Positions 25,871 through 36,303 of a stretch of 61,530 nucleotides of DNA are shown piece after piece. The DNA comes from Halocafeteria seosinensis. Lineage: Eukaryota. The notes below the pieces were generated by a model, which made no database searches, was not told the origin of the DNA, and was given only the letters and a program-made list of their open reading frames with translations. Both the position numbers and the translations under genes were made by a program. Numbering within the stretch: the first letter of the stretch is position 1; each line of letters starts with the position of its first letter. The stretch spans positions 1 through 61,530 of the forward strand of contig LVLI01000366.1 of the NCBI GenBank assembly GCA_001687465.1, given 5' to 3'.

Positions 25871-26439
25871 GTGTCCCTTGGCAGCACCTCCGTTTGGTTA
25901 TTAGAGAAAGATATGGGTGCCGAGAAGATATCATAGGAAAGTAAGAGTGCATATTCTTGTAATTATTTCCCTTACCGTTGATATAGGAGCCGTATCTGCT
26001 TGGCAGATTGGCGCGGACAGCAATGCAAGTTGCTGCGTTGCTTTGATGATAGACAGCAGCGTAAGCAGGAGTTGACAACAAAACAATATGAAAAGTATAA
26101 AAGCCAGAAGTTAATCAAGGAAGAAAAAGCGTCTTTTACCCTACGTATCACCTGGAAGTTCTAACACAAGGCCAGCCTAAATCAAGATCCATCCACAGAA
26201 GCTCAAGAATACATGTAGGAGCATCGGCTATGGAAGGATAATAAAGCGAAAACTGCCTTATGATGACGAAGATGAGACATCGGAAAACAATGAGATAGGA
26301 GAAGCAAGTGGGCAGGGCTACGTTTGCAGTCGGCCCTTCTAAATTCTTGACATCCAGAGTGTCTGTCACATATGCGTCAAACAACCCAAGGGGTAATCAT
26401 GGGTAATGGTTTCTCTTGCTTAGACTGGCCGCCTAGAGC

Positions 26440-27027
26440 TACGCACACGGTAGATGATGTCGAGAGGTTTATCGACTTCAGGCTCCATGACAAGCGGATC
26501 GTCGTCCACTGGAAGGGATACCCAGAGGCAGCACGGACGTGGGAACCGTTTTCGTGGCTTCAGAAGGCCCTGGGCACTGCGCAGCCGCACCTTCTTCGAC
26601 CTCGAACAGGAGATGTACTTCAATCTGAGCTATGTTGACGAAACTGAGGTGGACGGAACTCCTGGGGAGCCACCTCCGGCGTCAGGTGGTGGCTTGTCAT
26701 TGGTCACAACTGTTGCGTCTGGACCAACACTTACGATTGTAATCCTGCCTGCGCTGCTGCAAGTTGCAACCGGTTCTGGCGTCGCTACGACGCTGTGGCA
26801 GGCTCAGGGTCTTCACCTGCCAGACTGAGCCTTGACGGTACCCCCGACATCGTGGGCGCAGGCATGGCTCCTCCTCCGATGCCCCCTGAGCAAAACCAGT
26901 GTTGTGTTCCCTCACGGCGCATGTCAGCAAGGCTGCAGGAACAGCGGAACACGGGCGCATACCGCTCCTCGCTAAGAGGATGCGGTCAACTCCCCGGCCG
27001 ATGGGCTATCTGTGACGTATGTGTGTT
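26440..27027 (+). mobile_element. Repeat family A, longest copy: chromodomain, tail, 3' hairpin, (TG)n end
   Basis: DDVERFIDFRLHDKRIVVHWKGYPEAARTWEPFSWL is a chromodomain (V.WKGY...TWEP); frameshifted; ends in the shared terminus. Confidence 0.8.
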
Positions 27028-27559
27028 TTCTGGCCACCTAGGAACAGTTTAGTCCAGCGGACCTCCACTTTTCCCAGATCCCCAAGAGCCATTGAAGTTG
27101 TAAGAGACGCATGGTCTCACAGACAAGTTCATTGCCGCAGGCTCCGATGCAACCTCTCGCTCAGTGCAACTCCAAACACTGGCTTGCTGGATCCAGCAGC
27201 TGTTTTCTGGGACCAGGCAACGACCCTTGCGGCATCGAACTATAGATAATCCTGGAACGACGACACGCACTGTAGTGTAATCCTGACGGAAGATATTGAT
27301 GCTTCATCCTCAGCAATGTTTCATAGAGGTAAAATTGCTTGTGGGCCGGGCCAAGTGCAGTATCCTTTCTGGCTAGCAAAGCTGTTACAAACAGTGTTCA
27401 TAGCTGACGACGTCCAAATTATGCACAGTGCTGTGGGTAGAATTAGCTTTCAGTAGATGAAGTCACGGTATTGGGAGAGTTCGGTAGCTGCTCATATTTC
27501 TGTGCAGTAGTACGCAGCTGGTTCACTACCTGCGGATACGAAGTACATGGAGATTCGAG

Positions 27560-27712
27560 CTGTTAGTCAATTGGGATAGGTGGTACTGTAGCCTTGTCTG
27601 TCTTCACGGTGCATGGATATAGTCGTGGTCCATTTAAATATCCAGCCGGTAGGCCATAAATTATACACTCTACTACTACAACTGCACACACACACATAGC
27701 GAGACAAATAGT
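27560..27712. repeat. Family B copy (+, ends ctactactac) tail-to-tail with a degenerate family A terminus (-)
   Basis: ...cagccggtaggccataaattatacactctactactac aactg cacacacacacatagcgagacaaatagtc. Confidence 0.7.
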
Positions 27713-28099
27713 CTCGCGTTTCTTCCTTTGTATAGTTAATAGAGCCGCTTCCACTCTCGCATGAGACATCTCTGTTTGAATTTTGCATCGACGCTCCGAT
27801 TATTGGCCAAGGTGCATGCGTGTGTATTGGTATTGCTCCTACCGGAAGACGTGTCTGCTACAGGTACACGAGTCGGTAACGAGTGCTTTATCAGTCGTTC
27901 AAATAAGTCGGTACCTGGATTTGTGCACAGTTGTTTCCGTCACGTACACACCAACCGCGTGCCCGATGCAAACGTAGAAAAGTGCTCCTTAATATACAAC
28001 TGTTTGCGAGTAAATAGGGGTGAAAGCTGTATTTTCACGCTTTTTATTGAGGAAGATGCTCGCCCTTCATGTTGTGCGAGTCGCACAGTGCGACCGCGC

Positions 28100-29432
28100 G
28101 TACGTTGAAGTTGCGTACTGAGAATTCAAATGGGGAAACTGGTTCATCAAACTAGCACCTACAGTAAAAGAGGTGCGGCTCCTCGGATCTAACGATAAAA
28201 GAGCACTTACCTACACCCTCGTGTTCTCATCTGATGGCTCAATTCTGGTATCACAGCTCATAATGCCTGGTTTATCAGTTGGAGAGGAGGACGGAGAAGC
28301 AATGGGCAGGAGGCAGAGCATCTGAAGTCCCACAAACTGCTCGGGAATCACTCGGGAGGGAGAAAGCAGTGCAGAGCCAGCGCACTTTCCGCAAGCTAAT
28401 AGCGTCTATCTACACGTATGTAAAATCCTGGATTCTAAACTGGGGCGTAGGGATCACGGCGGCAGTTCTCGGTATTGGACTGCGCGGGATCGCACAAGTC
28501 AGCTGCTGCGCTTGAGGTGTTGCAGGAGTACCCGATGATCGTCCCACTGTTCGCTCCTCCACGGGTGACGACAGTGCTGCAGCCTCTTGATAAGACCTTT
28601 TTCGCTCCATTCAAGAAACTTTTGAAATTGTCCGTCTCCCGATTCATGCTGTCGTGTGGCAACAAGCTCTGCTCTCTTCCTGCTCGGGACAGACCGACCT
28701 TAAGCAGTGCATGGCGAACAAAAATATAATGCAGCACCTTACTTCCGAATGGATTCCAAGCTGCCTCAAGCGCACGTCTCCCAAAGGTGTTCGTAGAGAT
28801 TGGAATGAAGTTTGTTGTGGAGTGTTCCTTATGTTGGAAAATAGGCTGCACCACTCGCAGGTCGACCCAGACTCTTCATTCTGGGAATGTCATTTACAGA
28901 AGGCATAACAATGGACGAACTTCCATGAGACTGCCAAGCTAAAAGTATACTTCACGGTGATTTTCTGTCGCACTATGGGATACCTTATCTGAAGAACCTG
29001 TGTCATGAGAGGAAGCTGAAAGTGACTGGCACCAAGAACCAGCTGGTCGACAGACTGCAGAAGTTCCAGAGGAACACGAGGAATTCTCAGTTGGTGTTGA
29101 AGACGAAAATGAAGAGGACACAGACGCATCTCAAGACGAAGTAGAGGACATCATTACTTACGAAGCTGAGGAGAACGGGGCTTCTGAACATGAGGAAGAA
29201 GGTCCCGCCGAGGCCGAGCTTGAAGATGAGGACTGGACGCATTATTCGAAATTGAGCAATTCGTTAGATACATCGAGGAATTAGATGCGATGGAAGTAAA
29301 ATGGGAGGGCTATGACAGCAGAAATAACCCCGAAGAACCCTGCACGAAACTCGTTATAGACCTCGGAAGAAGGCAGTGAGCCGTCCGGTAGTGGACCTCT
29401 ATCAAGAACCGGCCCGTAAAAGGCGCAAATGA
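28100..29432 (+). mobile_element. Decayed pogo-like (DDE_1) transposase followed by an acidic linker and a chromodomain
   Basis: NGETG (for N.DETG), NDKRALTYTLVFSSDG, LDCAGSH...PPRVTTVLQPLDKTFFAPFK (36 residues between the 2nd and 3rd Asp); downstream FEIEQFVRY..LDAMEVKWEGYDSRNNPEEP; several frameshifts and stops; TIRs not located. Confidence 0.75.
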
Positions 29433-30086
29433 TGCTATTTAGCTACGTTTTTTGCACATACATGATTTCTTTACACGTAACATACTGGAATACAACGCAC
29501 ATTCCTATTAAACGACCTGCATTGTGCTCTGCGTATAGCGCTACCTGGAATTTTGCAGCGTCTGTATCACGGCAGACGCAGACAAGATGAACTTGACCGT
29601 TCACTATATGCGGCAACTTATACACACACAACAAAACAAGCACCCCTTGAAGTTGCACGAGCACTAAATGCCACTTAGCTTATGAGCGATAATTGTATTA
29701 CAAGCAATCCACTCCCACGATTGTGCGTCAATGAGCAGCGTCATGCTCGGCTTGTGAAGGTCGCCTGTGCAGCGCAGCCGGGGCCGGAGAATCGTTTCGG
29801 TATGTTTTGCACAACAAATTGTCAACAATGGTCGTCCAGAGTGCTATATACATGCTTCATAAAGAATATGCTTGTACTACCAACCTGTGAGATCCAGGTA
29901 GCAGGCGTTTCCACCCCTGCATTTACAGGAAGTGAAAATCCAGCTACCGTGAGCCACAACTTGGGCTTTTTGTCATGATTTGGTTTCACGAAGCTTACAT
30001 ATCGTTTTTCGTCACACGTCCGGCGAATGACTTCCGAAGTGTCAATCAAAGAAGTGAGGGAAAAAAAAAAAAAAAAAAAGACATNN

Positions 30087-30158
30087 TGGACAATGAGGGA
30101 ATTGAACCCTCGGCCTTCCGCATGCAAAGCGGACGCTCTACCCCTGAGCTAATCGCCC
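30087..30158 (-). tRNA. tRNA-Ala (anticodon UGC)
   Basis: GGGCGATTAGCTCAGGGGTAGAGCGTCCGCTTTGCATGCGGAAGGCCGAGGGTTCAATTCCCTCATTGTCCA: cloverleaf, G3:U70 identity pair; long T run downstream (A run 30061-30079), though an NN gap lies between them. Confidence 0.95.
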
Positions 30159-30312
30159 GACTACCGACTAGGATGCGAGGGAAATGCTAGTTTCATCTAT
30201 AGTGCGCAACCCCACAGGGGAAAATAGTTGTCTATTATGCATGCTGATACCTTCCGCACAAAATCACATACACATTTCTTAGTCAAATAATGTCCATCCG
30301 TTTCCCCCAATT

Positions 30313-30669
30313 TTATTCGTTGAAGATTTTCTGGTATAGCTGTACGAATTGTTGCTTGTTGAGTCCTGAAAGCGCCGAGGGAGCTTTTGACGAAGCGCGT
30401 AGCATATCCTTGCATTCCTGGTTGTTCAGATTGATACCGAGCTCAGCTAGCATAGGCTGGAAATCTTCTATGGATATTCTGTCGTCCTTATTCGAGTCCA
30501 AGAGCTGCACAGCATTCAACGATGCGGTCATTAGGAGCCTTCCAGCGATGTGCAACGTGTTCAACGTGGCCACAAGTCACTTAACGCGCCACCAAAGGGC
30601 AGAGATACGTACTGAGAATAGTTCATCTAATAGCTTCCCTTCGGGGATGTTATCTTCTTGAGAACTCAT
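30313..30669 (-). CDS. Small EF-hand protein (single calmodulin-like lobe), 2 exons
   Basis: MSSQEDNIPEGKLLDELFS / LLDSNKDDRISIEDF (EF loop) ...GLNKQQFVQLY; donor gtacgt, acceptor tgcag. Confidence 0.65.
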
Positions 30670-31145
30670 TGTTAAAGGGTTTAGCCCTCTCTGTACTCTG
30701 TTGGCTCAACGTTAGTTGCCTTGAGGTAGCAAACTAGATGAAAGCTGAAAAGACAACGATGATCTTTCTGGTTTACTGGTCAAATGTATTGAGGATGGGG
30801 GCATGTCAGTGTCCTTTCGTTCATTCAAACCTACTAGAAATGTGGTCAGCTTGAACCCACGCATAACGCACAAGTGTCATTCTTTGTGGCGAGATGTGCC
30901 GCAAGGCACCGCATGCACTACACACGGTGTAAATGGTGCCACATTGTTGATACATTGATTCCGTCATATATAGGCGCGTGTATGTAGCGAGGTTGGATTG
31001 AGCTATTCCCCATGGTAACAACAGTGGAAAGACAAACGTGCTCGGAGGGGTTGTAGGCAACACTTGGTGCATGTGTGTGAACGGCACTATATGCACCAAG
31101 ACGGCCTTTGTTTGATTGGCCAATCTACCTGCGGGACATTGTGTC

Positions 31146-34100
31146 ATGCAGTCTGATGACACACACCAGCGGCTCTTGCCTCCAGTGGTGGAGGAGATAG
31201 ACCCGCATACGAACATGATTGGGGAAGAGTACCCCGTCCAGTCAATAAATTCCACACAGGGAACGGAGCTGCCAAGGAAGAAGCCTCGTGTACGAGATAA
31301 GGCAGAACGGCGTTCAATCATCAGCAAATGGGCGCAGGAATTCAAGAGGGCGCGCTCTCAGGAAGAAGCGGCTCGTTATGCTGCTCTTCTCATTTCAGGT
31401 AAGGAATAGTACTTCCGGCCGCACATACAATATAGTCATGTTGGACATGAATGTGATTGGTACAGATGCGCTGCACGGACGCAACTTTGGTCACCGAGTC
31501 GATTTCAATGCAATGCGCATTAACGATGTAATCCGGAGTAAATGGTACTCGTTTTTGTTTGGACTAACGGTAGCTGTGGAAATGGCACTGGCTATAGTGG
31601 AACAACCGTCCTCTTTAAGAGGGCCCCCTGAAGGGTTTGAGCACTTAAATGAGGCGCTATTGGCCCCAGAGTACACAACTCTAATTGAATTATGCTGCCT
31701 CGGGTTATTAGGCATTGATGTGGTGTTGCGCTTTCACTATCTCGGATGGGGCCGATTCAAGAAGTCTTCGTATGTTTTGCACAAGACAGCACCAGGTCGT
31801 CGTTTCTGTGTTACTCCATGTACCGATTATCATGCAGGTGGGCTCTCTTCAAAACCATTTTCGTTGGAATTGCTTTATTTAACACAGTAATCAGTCTAGG
31901 GGCTCCTGTAATCCCACGTCTACATCGCGTGCTACGACCCGTGATGTTCGCAGCACACTTCAGAAACGTGTCGAAGATTTTCGGCAATCTGTTGATGTCA
32001 ATACCGCGAATTACGAACGTTTTTCTCCTTGTTCTTTTTCATGTGTTTTTCTTTGGGGTATTCGCACACATACTATTTGGAGGTATTGATGATCAGTCGT
32101 GCTCTCGTGGTCCCCCGGCTACATGCGAAGAAAATCCGCGGCTTCTTTGCTCCCCATTTGACAAATGTTGTACAGACTACTTTGGCACATTCTTAGGATC
32201 GCTGAACCAACTCTTTATTTTGCTCACGACTGCAAATTATCCGGTATGTGCACTAGTCGGAACGGCGATTTGTGCCGATGCTCTTCATGTCGCCGAGTGC
32301 TTGCAGGATGTTATGATGCCCGTTTACGATTGTCATCCCTGGAGTGCCTTATTTTTTGTTGCTTTTCTGACTATTGGACTTTACTTTATTATGAACATCG
32401 TACTTGCTGTGGTATATGGGGTGTTTCAGGATATGACAAGAGTAACTGTCTTAAACACAGTGACCAAAAGAGTAGAGGCTCTTGACGCGGCATATGACAT
32501 GATTGCCTCGAGTGACTACTTTACAACTCACAAAGAAAGTGAGGGAATTCCGACACAAGAACATGACAATGAGAACCAAAGTAAACGAAGCCTTTTTTCA
32601 ACAAACGAGGATCGCAAACGCAATACCCCAGCTGTTACTTACAATCTTCAGAAGAGTAATGAAGTTGGGCGCGTCGGTTTGAAAACTTGGTATGAGCTAA
32701 TGTCCTACTTAAGACCAGATCTTAAAGATATTCAGAAGGAAGTTTTATTTCACGCATTAGACGAAGATAGGAGAGATGCTTTGTCGAAGTATGTTGCTTG
32801 GAACTGTTCACTGACGTCAACAGGTTGTTTCACTAGCCTCATGTTCGCTTTGTAATCTTGCAGGGAAGAATTTAGGGAAGTCACGAATTTCATTGAAGTA
32901 GAGTTTCACTCTCCGTTTCGTGGACAGAAAAAAGATTATCAATGCTTCAACGGCGAGTATGCCTTACGTGTGCGAAACTTGCTCTGGCGGTATACAAACA
33001 GACGTTTATTCAAGTATATAGATGGATTTCTCCTTTTTGCCTATTGTGTCTTTATCGTCTTTGATCTCTCTTATAAGGGTCATTTAGCGCTGAAAATTGG
33101 TCTAGAAATCTTTACGTGGCTGTTCCTCGCAATCACAGTCCTAAAATACCTGGGACTGGGTTACAAGAAGTTCACGAGAGACAAGTATAATATCTTGGAT
33201 TCGATAGCTTTGCCTCTTGCTGGAATTGGTTATATCACTGGCATGCCCATACTCCAGTCACTGACATTCGTTAGGTAAGTCATTGGAGATCCGCTGTTCC
33301 TGAAAAACATCGCAAGCATCTTCCGTTTCTGACAGGTCGTTACGAGTGATTAAGGCAGCTGAACAGTTAGAGGAGTTCGGAAAGGTTATAAGGACCTCAA
33401 CAAGGATATCAGTAACGTTCTTACGATACATTGCTGTAATCTTCCTAGTATATTACATGTGGGCTATCGTCGGTAAGTAGCTGTTACTTCTCGTTAGCAA
33501 CAGCTGGGCTGAATAAAGTGGGATATACGTGTGCAGGCATGGAGCTCTTCGCTGGAACTATACACTACAAGCCTCAGTCGCATGCGCCATTCTTCGAAGG
33601 TAACGCAACCTTAGATTCGAAGTTGAAATGCACTGCTTATTATGGAGTAAGTTGAAGCTTCCTGGAAAGTTTCCAATCTGTGGACACTGACCCTTCACAT
33701 TTGGCGCAGAGCAAATATTGGTTTAACAATTTTAACCATTTATGGACTGCGCTTGTTACCCTGTTTGAGCAGATGGTTGTCAATAATTGGGCTATTGTAA
33801 TGATGGGGTATGCGTATGCAACAAATTTATGGGCGATGCTGTACTTTTACCTATGGTACTTCATCATGGTCATTGTCGTCTTGAATATAGTCACCGCGTT
33901 TTTATTGGAGGACTTCATGTTGATGAGTGCGAAAATAAAGGACGAGGACGATGGCATACGCGAAAAATGGGTGGAAAAGATAGAAACAGCACTTGACCTT
34001 TTGGGTATTCCTCGTAACAAATGGGTTATTACACGGAAGGCTCATCCTTTGCATCTATACGAAATGATGTTTGCAAACGATATTCACCAATGTTTGGAAG

Positions 34101-34303
34101 AAAACTGGGAGGACAGTTTCCACGATGACAGAACGAGAAGTAGAACAACCAGCGGGGACACAAGTGGTCCATATGCAGAGGGAAAGCTACAAGGAAACCA
34201 CCCACATAGGCAGTCACATATGCAGTTGGTCTCCGGTAGGAGACGAACCGTCAGTAATGCTGGTCCCACGGAGCAATCTCTGTTGATTGACACCACCGGT
34301 TGA
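31146..34303 (+). CDS. TPC: Two-pore channel (TPC), multi-exon
   Basis: Two 6-TM repeats with pore motifs LLTTANYP(DVMMP) and LFEQMVVNNW, S4-like RLHRVLRP; several GT-AG introns. Confidence 0.9.
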
Positions 34304-34643
34304 ATGTCACACTGAGGGAGTGAGAGTAGTCAATCAACAGATGAAAGAAACATTCCGTGATTAGGCAGTATTCCCTCTGCGAGGGAAGCCGAGTGAATGA
34401 ACTGGTATTGCCACACTCAAGTCGTCGTCTGCTTCGTACAGCGAAGCACAAAGGGGAGTACGTACCACGTGCGCACGTAGAATCAAGTAGACGAAATGAT
34501 TGTCTCATTGGTGCTCTATGGAAGGACTACTCAGTTGTAGATCCCCATTTGCATTGATTGACTGAAATACGCGGTCGATTTTTCATTATTAGCAGTTAGA
34601 ATAAACACAGTAAAAACGATTCTGGGTATCAGATCTGTCCCCA

Positions 34644-36261
34644 ATGGCCAGTAGAAGCACTCGTAGCACACGATCCGGAGGAGGAGGAGGTGCTGCCGCT
34701 GCCTCCGGTGGCTCTTCTTCCTCCTCTAGTTCCACCATTACGCTTCGTTTGCGTCAGAAGGGTGGTATGTGGCGTTTAAAAGGTGTCAACCCTTCTCGGA
34801 CGACAGTTAAACAGGTCAAGCAGCGAGTAAACCACGAGTATAGGGTGCCCGTAGAAGACCAAACTCTGCGCAAAGAGTTCCAAGGGGAACCTTTAAATGA
34901 TTCCCAGCGCTTAGATACGCTAGGTATCACACAGAATGGAACGATAGTCTTTTGTGACTTTGACTCCGAAGCTCCTGTCTTGGAGACGGACCCGAAAGCG
35001 GCGCGAAAAATAGGAAAAGACGGAAGCATTGAACGAGCCTCGGTAAGTCAAATCGTTGAATAACATGTCAATATTGTAGTCGTTGCATGAAGCAAAGGGA
35101 CATAAATTGGATGGGTGCAGCATCATGAATTGAATAAAGATAAGCAATTTCGACCGGGTATCCCCGCGATGAGAGATATGCAAAAACATTGGAATTGGAT
35201 GGAATTTATGGTACGTGCCGACACCAGAACTGTGGTTCACGTGCCAAATTGTGTTAATGAGTTCGGACGCCTGCCTGCTACAGGATCTACAAAAGTCGTT
35301 AGAGTTTGAAGTCAAAAGGCAAGAGGAAGCAATTTGTTCGAAAGCAACACTGGATGCTGACGCGGGGTCAGAGTTAACAACGTACCTTCAAAGTGTTGCG
35401 TTTCAGCAATGTCGTATTGGATACTTGTACGGGCGCTTCGCGGACGACAATAGTGCAAAAGTTGCAGCAATTTACGAACCCCCACAGGAAGCAACCCCAG
35501 AGGACTGCTTCCTTCTGGACGACCCTTACGAGGAAAGCGTTAAACTCGTTCGGGAACTTCTTGGATTAGAACGGGTTGGATGGCTGTTCACACATCCGCC
35601 CGGTAGAGAAGAAGGTTTCAGATTCAGCGGAAAGGAACTACTTAGAGCAGCGGAGCTGCAAGGACAGGCAGGGGAAGATTCTCCCTTCGTGACGGTAAAG
35701 GTTACTGCTAATGAAGAGGGGCATAGTGAGTTCGACGCCTTCCAAGTCTCGAAACAATGTCTTGAAATGGTACAAAATGGTGTGCTGGGAGTACATCAAA
35801 CCGACCCGAAAAAGGTAGCCCCGGATTCTAAATTCAGCGTAATAGTCGAAAAGAAAGAAGTAGATGAAGTAGACACGGACTTCTTCCTTACTGTCGTGCC
35901 AATTGCTCAATATAATAGTGGCCTTGGGTCTTCGTTCCCCAAAGCCTCTCGAGCTGGCAGGGACATTACAAAAGTAAGAAGCGTCATTGTATTTTGCACA
36001 CTGATGTCTATTTTTATAGATGTATCTTATACATTGTTTGAAAACCAGGGTGATTTTGCCGACTTCTTGAAGGCTGGGAAAAATGCAGGAAAAAATATAG
36101 TCCAAACTCTAGCCGATTTCAATTGCTTAGTTTTCATGGCTTCGCATTCGTATTTGAACAGTGTCGTGCCTGCCGTTTGCGATGCAATTTTAAACTCAGA
36201 GTCTGACTTAGCCGAAGGCTATAAGCTCTTGATAACGTCTTTCGCGAACATAGATTGGTAA
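34644..36261 (+). CDS. NPL4: NPL4-like p97/Cdc48 cofactor (N-terminal ubiquitin-like domain + MPN-like domain)
   Basis: QQCRIGYLYGRF, VAAIYEPPQE, LGLERVGWLFTHP, AFQVSKQC, VDTDFFL; three GT-AG introns. Confidence 0.88.
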
Positions 36262-36303
36262 ATTAAGAGTTCCTTAATATACAGTATACGGGCAGCCTCC
36301 CTA

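Noticed and set aside
30061..30086. Poly-A run plus NN next to the tRNA as a SINE tail
   Set aside because: Orientation fits a Pol III T-run terminator; NN is an assembly gap.
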